A stretch of DNA of 64,000 nt. It comes from a virus. The number at the start of each line of letters is the position of its first letter. The first letter of the stretch is position 1. Positions 9,028 through 18,743 of the stretch are shown one piece after another. The stretch spans positions 72,829 to 136,828 of the IMG/VR virus record IMGVR_UViG_3300014039_000016. One strand, written 5' to 3'. The translations under genes were made by a program, and so were the position numbers. The notes below the pieces were generated by a model. That model saw nothing but the letters and a program-made list of their open reading frames with translations, was not told where the DNA came from and searched no databases.

Positions 9028-10293
9028 ATCTGCAATAGATTTTGCTCCACGCAATAAGTTTTGGTCATATTCTTTTGCATCTCGATAATCTCCATTAAGC
9101 TGTGTTGCGGACATAATAAAAATACCATACTGATTACATAAATCCTTTAATCTAATTGAAATCATAAAAAGAATATTATCTTCTCTTAAGCGCACTCCAC
9201 CGCTTCTTTTTGTTATCTCTTCAAGTATCTTCATCGAGGTATGTAGATAATCTAAAAAGCAGTACTTCGCCTCATGCTCCCTAATATTTCTTTTAATTGT
9301 ATTTTCTATATCTTGTAAAGAAAAGTCTGGAAGATATTCAAAATAAATTTTACTTTGTTTTAAAAGCTGTGCTGCTTTTTGAACTCTTTCCCATTCTCCT
9401 TTTAAATACTTACCATCTAATAAATGTTCTTCATTAACTCCTGATAAAAAAGCAATCATCATAGTCTGAATTTCATCAAGAGGTTGTTCTGTAGCTATAT
9501 ATATAGTAGGTTCTGATTTTCCTGTACTAATCCATTTATTCTCATGTAAATCATACATTTGAGAGCATCCGATATAGCAAGCATCCGCAATCATAGAACG
9601 AGTTTTACCAACTCCTGTTGCGGCAGACCTTAAATAAAATTTCTTTAATCTTGCTCCTCTTACAACCGTATTTACATATTTTCCAAAAAGAGGATATCCT
9701 AACTCCGGATTGGCTTTTAATGATTCTAGAAGTTCACTGACGCCCTCTCCTACCTGAATTCCGCCATCTGCATCGTCATCAACATACTTCATTCTAATTT
9801 GTAAAATTTTGTCATCTATAATATTTGCAATCTGTTCGAGGGATGTATTATCTAGCCAATCCTCTTGCTTTTGTTTCTTTTTTATATCTAAGACATTATC
9901 TGGGTCATACAAATCGGTTAAATCCATACCAGTAATAGTATTAAGTTGTTTTAATAATGTCATTTTCTTCATTCTATTATAATAATAATCAAAAGTTGAT
10001 ATATTAGATTTTTCCGCGCAAGTAAGGATATATTTTGCACCATCATTAGCTTTATAAATTGCTAATTTTTTTGGTCTTTGATTCAAATAATCTTCAATAG
10101 TTTCTATTGTTATATTTTTTGCTCCTAATTGATGTAAATTATAAATACTTCCAAAAACAATTTTTTGAAAATCATTTGCAAAATCTTCTTCTAAAAAGAA
10201 ATATTTATCTGTCGCATCTAATAAATTAGGATTATTATATATATTTCCTATAACTTGTACTAAACAAGCTATGTCACAATAATTACTTTTCAT
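9028..10293 (-). CDS. replicative DNA helicase (DnaB-like), exon 1
   Basis: RecA-fold motifs GVGKTRSMIADACYIG (Walker A) and ...SATQLNGDYRDAK. As drawn in the track, the ORF reads through into the intron to a stop at 9001. Confidence 0.7.
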
Positions 10294-10303
10294 TTACCTC
10301 TCC

Positions 10304-10843
10304 TTAATCATCTAAGTTAAACAATTTAGGTTTAGCTTTTTTTATCTCAGGAATTTTTATCGTTACCTCTTTGATTTTTTCTTTATATATTGAGAAATCT
10401 TTATTATTATTCACTTGAGTAGTAATAAAAATATTGTAATAATAATTTTTTGCATCTTCATACACAAAAGGAATAATACCAACTCCTTTTCGTTCTTTAT
10501 CTATTGGATTACCTTTTATTTCGTGAAAATAAATTAACGATTTTAACATTCCACTATAACTATATTTATTATTCTCTTTATATTCTTTAATTTGCTTCAT
10601 AACGAGCGCCCAATTTGCTTTTCCTTTATAAAGAGCATTTATATAGTCTTTTAATATTTTTAAATCTCGGTCTTCTTGAGTTTCTTCTTTTTTAGCTTTT
10701 TGTGATTCCATTTCAACAAAATTAGTATTTTCCGGGTCACACGCGGCATGCGCATATCTTCTCATTCCATACCTAACAGCCTGAATTTTGTTAGTATCAA
10801 AAATCTCTCCGCATATTGGACATTTTACTTCATGTTTCGCCAT
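10304..10843 (-). CDS. hypothetical protein with N-terminal zinc ribbon
   Basis: CPICGE...HAAC pattern. The position next to the helicase suggests a replication accessory role. Confidence 0.35.
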   Translation of the reverse strand: MAKHEVKCPICGEIFDTNKIQAVRYGMRRYAHAACDPENTNFVEMESQKAKKEETQEDRDLKILKDYINALYKGKANWALVMKQIKEYKENNKYSYSGMLKSLIYFHEIKGNPIDKERKGVGIIPFVYEDAKNYYYNIFITTQVNNNKDFSIYKEKIKEVTIKIPEIKKAKPKLFNLDD

Positions 10844-11234
10844 AAATTATCACCTTCCCATGCTTACCAATTTTTTTCATATAATCTATCATATCTTTAG
10901 TTCCTTTTGAAGCACCATCCCAAAAGGCTAATAAATAATCTGCATAATCTCCCATTATATGATTCCTAATTATGCCTGCGGATTTGCCATACTTTTCCCA
11001 ATTAGGATAAAAATATTTTAAAGAATAACCAAATTCTTTTGCATATCTTTCTCCTAATTTATCTGCGCCTCTTGCACCTCCGCAGACTATTTCTTCTATA
11101 TCGTCTATTTTTATTTCTTTTAATGTCTTACATAATAAATCATAATCTTGAAAAGACCTTGTTCCAGCAATTATTAATTTCATTATTTTATACACCTCTA
11201 TAAATATTATACTATATTTTTTGTATAAAATCAA
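10830..11234 (-). CDS. SLOG/DprA-like Rossmann-fold protein (DUF2493-like)
   Basis: IIAGTRSF...CGGARGADKLGERYAKE...AFWDG pattern. Confidence 0.45.
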   Translation of the reverse strand: MILYKKYSIIFIEVYKIMKLIIAGTRSFQDYDLLCKTLKEIKIDDIEEIVCGGARGADKLGERYAKEFGYSLKYFYPNWEKYGKSAGIIRNHIMGDYADYLLAFWDGASKGTKDMIDYMKKIGKHGKVIIYGET

Positions 11235-11275
11235 ATAAAGGAGTATTTATAATAAATACTCCTTTATCATTAAGA

Positions 11276-12313
11276 TTACATTTCTTTATATTTTACGAGG
11301 TCTTTTAAATCTGTAACAATAAGGTCGATTGCTTCAACTTGGTCTCTTGTTGCATCTTTAATTTTCTTTCCTTTTCCAAGATATCTCTCAATACATTGAG
11401 TAATTCTTGGTTGCCAATATTCAGCAAAAGTTTTTCCTTCTTCTGTCTCCTGCTTAATATCTGCAGAACCTGGAATATTAATAATGATATCATTAAACTC
11501 TTTCATTAACTTATCAAAATCAAGTTCCATAGAAGTATCTAAGTGAACATTCTCTCTCTTGTCAGTAAATAAATCACTACCATCTTCTGCCATCTGCTTA
11601 TCAATAGCATCTCCGATTGCCTTAACTAAATTATCATAACTTAATTCTATGTAATCTGGAGTATACTTGAAACGAGAACCAGCTTCGTATCTTGAAGTTC
11701 CTCTAAGAAACATTAAGACTTTTTCATTTCCTGCTTCATCAGTTACTGAACGAGTATATCCAATAAGGTCACACATTCTTGCAATAACATTGTTTGCTCT
11801 TTTATCAAGAGTTGGAACAATTTTATTAAACTGATTTCCGCCTTCATCAGTGAATGTTTTATCTGTTTCATGTGATATAATAACTAATCCATATCCCATC
11901 TGTACAATCTTTCTTAAACATTCATCAAATTCTTTTTCAATAAGTCCATAACCTTTACCAAAAGGAATATCTGATACCGTGTCTGCATTATTATTTGCAC
12001 AAATATATTTTGTACAATAATCATATGCTATATCTCCAGTATCAATAATAATTGTTTCAAACATTTCTTTAGCTTTATCGTCCTTTAACTGTCTAAGAAC
12101 TTGTTTGAATTCTGACCATGAGTTAATTGGCTGTGCCATTGCTCCTGGAATTGCAGAATATCCCTTTTCAAAAGCTAAAAGAAAGTGCTTTGGGAACTTT
12201 ACTGCGGTAGTTGTTTTACCAGTCTTCCATCCGCCATACATAAATACGCTATATCCTCTCATGTCTCTACTAACTTGATGGGGCTGTACGCTAAAAATAT
12301 CTATCCCTGCCAT
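11276..12313 (-). CDS. AAA_24/Sak4-like phage ATPase (RecA-fold recombination protein)
   Basis: Walker A GGWKTGKTT and a downstream IIIDT motif. Confidence 0.6.
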   Translation of the reverse strand: MAGIDIFSVQPHQVSRDMRGYSVFMYGGWKTGKTTTAVKFPKHFLLAFEKGYSAIPGAMAQPINSWSEFKQVLRQLKDDKAKEMFETIIIDTGDIAYDYCTKYICANNNADTVSDIPFGKGYGLIEKEFDECLRKIVQMGYGLVIISHETDKTFTDEGGNQFNKIVPTLDKRANNVIARMCDLIGYTRSVTDEAGNEKVLMFLRGTSRYEAGSRFKYTPDYIELSYDNLVKAIGDAIDKQMAEDGSDLFTDKRENVHLDTSMELDFDKLMKEFNDIIINIPGSADIKQETEEGKTFAEYWQPRITQCIERYLGKGKKIKDATRDQVEAIDLIVTDLKDLVKYKEM

Positions 12314-12442
12314 TAAAATATCTTACCTTCCTTATTCTATAAAATTGATTTAAAAAATCCAAAACCTAATTTCAATTCTAAATTGCGGTTGCTAGTGAGC
12401 CTAGCAGAGAAAGAAATTAAAGTGGGGATATCCCCACTTTAA

Positions 12443-13420
12443 TTAAAAGTTAAAACCACCCATTGCTGCACTAACAGCACTTGAAGCAGATGTTGCTGCA
12501 GGTGTTGAATTAGCGTTTGCAGCTCTTGAAGCCTGATACTCTTCATTTCTCTTCTTAGTTTCTGCGAGATATTTTTCACGGTCTGCCATAGCTGTCTTAA
12601 TTTCCTCTGGCGAAATATCTCCATCTTCCTCGATTGCATAAACAGCATCAGTCTGAGATGTTCCATCAATTACCCATTCTTTAACATTTCTTGTTGTTTC
12701 AATAACCTGTGGAGCACCGAATGCTGACTCTTCAGTTCTCTTATTAGAAATATTCTTACTATTAATATGTCCCCAAACTTTTGTAAAAGTAAGATTATTT
12801 GAACTTGCATCAAGACTTTCAAAATACTGAATTCCGCCCTTATCATAGCATACAAATTCAATTGGGAGAATTGCATTTCTGAAGTTAAAGATAGCACCTT
12901 TAATTACTAAATGTTCATCTATATTATGCTCTTCATCAGCTTCAACGAATCTTGTTCCATTAATAAGAATATCTGCAATAAAAAGATTTCTCTTATCTAT
13001 TTTCTTATTAAGTTCGCTAATTGCTTTAACGAATCCGCCTTCACATTTCTTTGCACTTACTAACTCTTCCTCTCCAGTTGTTCTATTAAGAGTATAAAAA
13101 TCATTAAGTGCAGTTGCGGTATCTACAGCAAGTAACATAGCTTCATCCTTACCATTTACAACGACAGTCTTTCCATTCTCAATAATAGACTTTAAAGTTG
13201 TATATGTGTTATTCTTACTGCCCTTTGCAGTATATTCTGTTACAAAAGTAAAATGTATCTTAACAATATTAAGACAATCTTCATCTGTTGCTAAATTAAG
13301 AGTTCCCGCAATATACTCTTTTCCATAATTGTTTGACTCTTTATTCTGAACAGTTTTAATTGCTAAATCATGTTCGTATAACTTTCCTTCTAAATGTACT
13401 GAATTAATCATTTTCTTCAT
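12443..13420 (-). CDS. putative OB-fold ssDNA-binding protein
   Basis: N-terminal INSVHLEGKLYEHDL pattern resembling an SSB N-terminus, and a Ser/Ala-rich tail ending in ...GGFNF. Weak. Confidence 0.3.
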   Translation of the reverse strand: MKKMINSVHLEGKLYEHDLAIKTVQNKESNNYGKEYIAGTLNLATDEDCLNIVKIHFTFVTEYTAKGSKNNTYTTLKSIIENGKTVVVNGKDEAMLLAVDTATALNDFYTLNRTTGEEELVSAKKCEGGFVKAISELNKKIDKRNLFIADILINGTRFVEADEEHNIDEHLVIKGAIFNFRNAILPIEFVCYDKGGIQYFESLDASSNNLTFTKVWGHINSKNISNKRTEESAFGAPQVIETTRNVKEWVIDGTSQTDAVYAIEEDGDISPEEIKTAMADREKYLAETKKRNEEYQASRAANANSTPAATSASSAVSAAMGGFNF

Positions 13421-13466
13421 TATTCTTATTTTCTCCTTAATTTAAAATTAATTCTTTATATAATAT

Positions 13467-13496
13467 ATTATATCAAAAATTTTTTATTTTATCAAG
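13467..13496 (-). promoter_or_regulatory. sigma-70-type promoter (conserved phage motif)
   Basis: TTGATA-17-TATAAT on the minus strand. Upstream of the ORF at 12443. Confidence 0.55.
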
Positions 13497-13506
13497 CTAC
13501 TGAAGA

Positions 13507-13863
13507 TTAATCATCTGTTAAATGCTGTTCTCTTCCAAGAGCTGTAATTGCATATATTACTGGATTTGTTCCAACCTTTTCAACATATCCATCAGTAACT
13601 AATTTTCTTAATGCGCCAGATGCAGTTCTTGAAGTAATACTTAAACCTTCCCCAATACTTTTTGCATTAAAAAGATTCTTATAGGCTTCCTCATTATCCT
13701 GCATATAATCTAAAACAAGCTTACCATTTTCTGTGAACTGCGGCTTGCTAGCTTCTTTTGTTATACAAAGTGCATCAAAATAATTTCTTGCATCTTCGCT
13801 AAGAACTAAACCTGAATTAATTGCTTCTTTAATCTCTTTAATAAAAACATCTCTTTTACTCAT
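13507..13863 (-). CDS. hypothetical winged-helix DNA-binding protein
   Basis: C-terminal ...ASGALRKLVTDGYVEKVG resembles a wHTH. Confidence 0.35.
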   Translation of the reverse strand: MSKRDVFIKEIKEAINSGLVLSEDARNYFDALCITKEASKPQFTENGKLVLDYMQDNEEAYKNLFNAKSIGEGLSITSRTASGALRKLVTDGYVEKVGTNPVIYAITALGREQHLTDD

Positions 13864-13901
13864 TCTTTTAAATCCTCAACTTTTCTTTTCTTTATATAAA
13901 T

Positions 13902-13931
13902 ATTATATCATATTTTTTATTTATTTTCAAT
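13902..13931 (-). promoter_or_regulatory. sigma-70-type promoter (conserved phage motif)
   Basis: attatatcata motif. Upstream of the ORF at 13507. Confidence 0.5.
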
Positions 13932-14627
13932 AGAAGCTGTGATTAATTCACTGTATGGTAAATTCTCAATCCATGAACAAAGCTCTCTCCATTCATCTAA
14001 TTTATGATTTTTTCTTTGCTTGTAAATATCGCAAAGTACTTCATAATTTAACATTATATTTCTTGTCTGATTATATGATGAAGGAAGTAATTGTATCATT
14101 TGCCACCAAACATTTTTATCTTTTGGCTTACATTCTATTATTCCAGTATCTTCATACTCAATAGTGCCACCATTAAGATAAATATTTCGATAATAGTTTA
14201 AATAACTTATTGTTTGCTCTAAATGCTCTAAACTATCAACACTTAAATGTTCATGACTAAAATCATCAAGTGTAAATTCTTTCTCTTGAATTTTATGCAT
14301 TGTAGAACAAGAGTTAGAAACAGTTCCAACTTTGTAAGTGTCTGCTTCTTTCCACCAGTATAGCGGCGCTGTAACTCTTACAAAAATCGGCATCATCCTC
14401 ATATATTTTCTATGCTCTGTACCTGCTTTAGCTAATTTCTTCATAAGTGAATAATCATTATCACCTAAAGTATGACCTTTAACATAACACTCATCTGAAT
14501 CTTCTGATAATCCATACTTAATTCCACTGTCACTCTTATCCCAACTATTCATTGGATTTCGCATACCCTCAATAACAAATTCCATTTGCTCTGGTGAAGG
14601 TAAAACTGTATGTTCTATTTTAATCAT
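13917..14627 (-). CDS. hypothetical protein
   Basis: ORF with good coding periodicity and no confident motif. Confidence 0.4.
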   Translation of the reverse strand: MIKIEHTVLPSPEQMEFVIEGMRNPMNSWDKSDSGIKYGLSEDSDECYVKGHTLGDNDYSLMKKLAKAGTEHRKYMRMMPIFVRVTAPLYWWKEADTYKVGTVSNSCSTMHKIQEKEFTLDDFSHEHLSVDSLEHLEQTISYLNYYRNIYLNGGTIEYEDTGIIECKPKDKNVWWQMIQLLPSSYNQTRNIMLNYEVLCDIYKQRKNHKLDEWRELCSWIENLPYSELITASIENK

Positions 14628-14797
14628 TCATGTGCTCCTTAAATTCTTTTAACTTTTTATTAAATCTTTCTCTCTTTTTCTTTTCATGCCTTATATTTAT
14701 TAATTCAAAAATAAAATAAAACAATAATAATATAAGGCCTATGCCACAACTAACAATAAATTCAACCATATATTTAGTAAACCAAAATTCAAACATT

Positions 14798-15754
14798 TTA
14801 TTTATTTCCTTTCAAGATATTATAACCATAATTAACGCTATCATATAAACTTATATAGTATCTCTCTTTTTCATTTAATTCTGCTCTATCACATTTTTCT
14901 AGTAATTCCCAAGAGAAAGATTGTAAGCCATATTCTTGCATTGCTTTATATAATTTATTACCTGCGGGAGTATCTATTCCTAAACTGCATTTTGCATGCT
15001 CTGACCATCTGGAAGCAATATCCGCTGCTTGACCTATGTAACATTCTCCTGTGATAATATTGGTTATTTTATAAATACCTGTAACAGTAGAAGTACCAAG
15101 TATATTCGCGGCAAGTGCCTTTAACGGTTTTTGAAACCATGTTTGCCAAATCAACATACTTAAGACTCTTGGCTTATTTAAAGTCTTTTTTATATTTTCT
15201 AACTTTTGGATATCTGCAATATCAGCATCACTTATTTTTAAACAATAGAAAGATTGCTGTTCTTTAATTTTCTTTTCTCTAATTTGAGCTTCTATTGCGG
15301 CAGTCCTAGTTGCCTTTATTTTATCTAATTCTTTTTGAATTTCGGAAGTTTCTGCAAGTAATTTTTCTTGCGCGATTGCGTAAGCTTCTCTAAGACTGTC
15401 TTCTAATTCACTATATTCTTCTTCTGTGTTCTTATATGCTGCATCTAAAATATCGCAATATGATTCAAATGCTTCTTGAGACCTTTGTTTACTATTAGAA
15501 ATAGTTTCGTCTATTTGGCGTAAATTCTCTGTATAAATATTAATTTGCTCTTTTAAATTCTTAATATCGTTTTTTGTATTTAATTGTTCGTAATTTAACT
15601 TATCTTTTTCTAATTTAAGGTTACTTATTTGATATTCTAGTTTGCTTTTTTCATCTTTAGCTTTTGTATTATCTTTGATTTTTACAGTTAATACAAACCA
15701 TAATGCAACCACTAAAACAAAACAAAATATACCTAATCCAATTGTAATACCCAT
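14798..15754 (-). CDS. membrane-anchored coiled-coil protein with a C-terminal GIY-YIG nuclease domain
   Basis: N-terminal transmembrane helix GITIGLGIFCFVLVVALWFVL, about 200 aa of heptad-rich sequence, and a C-terminal GIYKITN...YIGQ...R...E...YG...N module. Confidence 0.6.
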   Translation of the reverse strand: MGITIGLGIFCFVLVVALWFVLTVKIKDNTKAKDEKSKLEYQISNLKLEKDKLNYEQLNTKNDIKNLKEQINIYTENLRQIDETISNSKQRSQEAFESYCDILDAAYKNTEEEYSELEDSLREAYAIAQEKLLAETSEIQKELDKIKATRTAAIEAQIREKKIKEQQSFYCLKISDADIADIQKLENIKKTLNKPRVLSMLIWQTWFQKPLKALAANILGTSTVTGIYKITNIITGECYIGQAADIASRWSEHAKCSLGIDTPAGNKLYKAMQEYGLQSFSWELLEKCDRAELNEKERYYISLYDSVNYGYNILKGNK

Positions 15755-15813
15755 TCTTCACCCGATAAAAAAATTGGGGTAGATATTACTCTACCCCAAG
15801 TATTGTATATAAA

Positions 15814-16128
15814 TTACTCAGCATCCTCTGCTGCAGCTGCTGCATCCTGAGCAAGTGCTGCTTCATGGTCATAAGATAAACCTGCATCTGTAAGTTTAAT
15901 GAACTTAACTGGCTTATGAGAAACTGTTCCCTCTTCATCTGTTACTTCAATCTCAGCTGGAACTCTCTTAGCATATCCTTTTCTCTGAAGACCTGCTGTT
16001 ACGATACCATCTACTGACTTCTTCTCAAGACCAAGTGCCTCTGCGATATCTGCTGATGTCACATTTGTATCGCCAATCTCCTTTAAATAATTTAATACCT
16101 TTAATGAATTGCCCTTTACTGCTACCAT
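15814..16128 (-). CDS. hypothetical acidic-tailed protein
   Basis: ORF with an Ala/Asp/Glu-rich C-terminus. Confidence 0.35.
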   Translation of the reverse strand: MVAVKGNSLKVLNYLKEIGDTNVTSADIAEALGLEKKSVDGIVTAGLQRKGYAKRVPAEIEVTDEEGTVSHKPVKFIKLTDAGLSYDHEAALAQDAAAAAEDAE

Positions 16129-16204
16129 TATTTCTTTTTCTCCTTTTAATTAATTATTTTTTTTATTTTATAAGTGATAGACACTTTATATAAAATGAAT
16201 TAGA

Positions 16205-16399
16205 TTACTTAGAAAATTTTTCTTGTATATATTCATCAATTTCAAGAAGTTCTTCTCCACTAAGGTTTTTTGATAACTTAGCCATTTCTTCTAAATTTTC
16301 TAATACATTATTTCCTTGTTGACATTCTTTTTCTAAAGAATATATCTTCTTTGCTATTCCTTTTAAATGCGAATTCATATCTATCTTCCTTATATACAT
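16205..16399 (-). CDS. small hypothetical protein
   Basis: Preceded by two tandem consensus promoters. Confidence 0.3.
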   Translation of the reverse strand: MYIRKIDMNSHLKGIAKKIYSLEKECQQGNNVLENLEEMAKLSKNLSGEELLEIDEYIQEKFSK

Positions 16400-16429
16400 A
16401 TTATATCAAAAAATTTTTATTTTTTCAAG
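16400..16429 (-). promoter_or_regulatory. sigma-70-type promoter (first of a tandem pair)
   Basis: attatatcaaa...ttcaag. Confidence 0.5.
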
Positions 16430-16478
16430 TTTGATAGGTTTTAAACTTAAAAACATTCTTTTCTCTTTTGATATAAAT

Positions 16479-16508
16479 ATTATATCAAAAAATTTTCAAG
16501 TTTTCAAC
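16479..16508 (-). promoter_or_regulatory. sigma-70-type promoter (second of a tandem pair, 79 bp upstream)
   Basis: attatatcaaa...ttcaag. Confidence 0.5.
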
Positions 16509-16524
16509 TTACTGCAACATTATA

Positions 16525-17637
16525 TTAAAAGATATTCTCAATAGTACATTCTTTAACTTCTTTATCTTCTCTAAGGAACTTAAAGAATCCATGTCTTATT
16601 GTATGTTCTTTTTTATCCATTTCCATCATTTGAATAGAACATACTTTATTAAGATATTTATTTGGATTTATACTCATATCTTCTTTCATTTCATCAGATA
16701 TTCCAGAATGAATAGTTCCAATATCTATAATATTGCCTTTATTATCATATGCTCCAATTTTTATTCTTGCGTTTAACCATTTATAATAATATGGTTTTGT
16801 TACGGGAGTAGGGTTAAACCCCGCCGCAATAAGGTCTTTATAAGAACCTTGTAAACGATTGTTATTTTCATCAATACAAAAACCCCAAGAGTCAAGTTCC
16901 TTACCATAATATTCTTTAGTTGGCTCTTCAAAACCTATAATAACAACATCTGCAAAATCAACTTTCTTTGCTTTTAAATTAGTCATAGGTCTTTTTCCAG
17001 GCTCATATTTTCCATTCTTTAATTTTATAACCATACCTTCTTCACCTGCGGAAAGAGCATTTCCAACTCTCTCATATAGATTGTCACACCACGCATCCGC
17101 GAGTTCAATAAAATCATACTGATTAAGATTGTATAATTCATATATCTTTTTTAAGATATTATATCTTTCCCAAGCACCGGTTTCCGCAATTACAAAATTA
17201 ACACCTTTATACATTAAAATATCGTGAATATAATAATGTATTTTACCATATGACCCATTTTGTCTTTCGATTGCCTTTTGGGGCAAGCATCCCATAATAG
17301 TAGTTACATTTTTTGAACTACCACCTGGATAATAGATTTCTCCAATGATAATTGTATCATCAGGTAAACAAGATAATGCATCTATAATATGTGGTACATT
17401 ATCACTCTTTTCTGACTGTAGTCCTGTTGTTCTACTAGCGCTTCTTGAAAATAAATAAGTTCCGGCAGAATGTTTTTCATATTGATACCAATAACCATCT
17501 TTTTTAAGTTGTCCAAAATATTCATCACTTTCACATGCTTTTTTTAATACAGTTTCATTACCCTTGTTTATTAACATAGTTTCATACATTAATGCACTAG
17601 GATATAGCTCTTCGATTTTATTTTTATCAAAACTCAT
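16525..17637 (-). CDS. ATP-dependent DNA ligase (T7-like small ligase)
   Basis: Motif I LKKDGYWYQ (KxDG) and motifs IV/V EGMVIKLKNGKYEPGKR. Confidence 0.75.
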   Translation of the reverse strand: MSFDKNKIEELYPSALMYETMLINKGNETVLKKACESDEYFGQLKKDGYWYQYEKHSAGTYLFSRSASRTTGLQSEKSDNVPHIIDALSCLPDDTIIIGEIYYPGGSSKNVTTIMGCLPQKAIERQNGSYGKIHYYIHDILMYKGVNFVIAETGAWERYNILKKIYELYNLNQYDFIELADAWCDNLYERVGNALSAGEEGMVIKLKNGKYEPGKRPMTNLKAKKVDFADVVIIGFEEPTKEYYGKELDSWGFCIDENNNRLQGSYKDLIAAGFNPTPVTKPYYYKWLNARIKIGAYDNKGNIIDIGTIHSGISDEMKEDMSINPNKYLNKVCSIQMMEMDKKEHTIRHGFFKFLREDKEVKECTIENIF

Positions 17638-17648
17638 TTTTAACTACC

Positions 17649-18455
17649 TCAATCTGTTAAGATATTTTCTTCATAAGCAATAACGCTTACAACAGGACTA
17701 TTCCATTCTTCAAAGACATATGAAATATTCCCACGATTTTTTACATTTTGTGATAAATAGTTTGTATCTACAATAAACTCACTACAACAATTAGAGTGTA
17801 TTGTATATACATTATTAGTGTCTGTATGTCTATCTGATTTCGTATCAGACATAATACAAGGTATAACAGTTCCATTTGCTAATACCAAATCGAAATATTG
17901 TCCTATTGATAAATTAAAATAAGTTCCCATAGCTACACAATATCTATTGTCAATTGTCCTTAGACCATTTTCATCTGTTACTGCATAGTTTCTTTGCAAA
18001 TATAATTCATTTGAGCCATTTAAACAAATTGCTCTATAACTCATATAACTTTTAAATCCATTATAATTTGCATAATATGGTAAATCATATTGAACACCAA
18101 TAGGCTGATATACTTCTACTTCATCTGCGGTAAGCTCTTCTTCAATATCTTCTTCTTCTTCTATTATTACTTCAGTTGTAACATTATCTTCATTTAAGCC
18201 TTCTAAGAGAATAATATCTTCCGAGTTTTCCTCATTTGAAATTTGACTCTGCTCATAATTAAGCGAATACTGATTGACAAGTTCAGGAGAGCCAAGTGTT
18301 GTTTCTGGTCGCGGTAGTAATATTAATATTAATAATGAACTACCAAGAAAGAATGTGAGTAGACTTATAAAAAGATAGTCAGAATCATCTATGCGACTAG
18401 AATGTTTTTTGTTTCTCTTTATTTGTTTCATTTTTCCTCCCATTAAGAGCGGCAA
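17649..18455 (-). CDS. membrane/secreted hypothetical protein
   Basis: N-terminal TM/signal YLFISLLTFFLGSSLLILILL followed by an acidic linker. Confidence 0.4.
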   Translation of the reverse strand: MPLLMGGKMKQIKRNKKHSSRIDDSDYLFISLLTFFLGSSLLILILLPRPETTLGSPELVNQYSLNYEQSQISNEENSEDIILLEGLNEDNVTTEVIIEEEEDIEEELTADEVEVYQPIGVQYDLPYYANYNGFKSYMSYRAICLNGSNELYLQRNYAVTDENGLRTIDNRYCVAMGTYFNLSIGQYFDLVLANGTVIPCIMSDTKSDRHTDTNNVYTIHSNCCSEFIVDTNYLSQNVKNRGNISYVFEEWNSPVVSVIAYEENILTD

Positions 18456-18526
18456 AACTGTATAATATATATGATTTTTAGAACAATAAAATTATCTATT
18501 ATTGTCCTTTATTTATCATATATATT

Positions 18527-18555
18527 ATTATATCATATTTTTTTTATTAAGTCAA
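18527..18555 (-). promoter_or_regulatory. sigma-70-type promoter (-35 TTGACT)
   Basis: TTGACT-17-TATAAT with an upstream TG. Confidence 0.6.
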
Positions 18556-18743
18556 TTTGAGAAAAACTATGTGCGAAAGTCTAAGCGGCAGCCGGTGAAA
18601 ACCGGCGCCGTAGGTCTTTCTTTGACTAGCTTTCTTTCTCCCTACTGAGAAAGAAAGTAGAAGATATTGATACACTTGCCCTTAAGCAGGTATTATTATA
18701 TGAAAATTATAGTATATTGATTATCCATTTTTGTCCAAAAATT

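Noticed and set aside
12439-12897. Minus-strand ORFs 12439-12669 and 12670-12897, and similarly 11305-11493, 32555-32746, 34118-34783, 36701-36910, 37950-38333, 45154-45348 and 60640-60831
   Set aside because: These are alternative-frame ORFs nested inside longer genes on the same strand. Their Arg/Leu/Gln-rich translations are typical of out-of-frame reads of coiled-coil or AT-rich genes.
13917-14627. ThyX (flavin-dependent thymidylate synthase) call for 13917-14627
   Set aside because: There is some resemblance in the ...TEHRKYMRMMPIF...SNSCSTMH region, but the diagnostic RHRx7-8S and SxRY motifs are not present. It is left as hypothetical.
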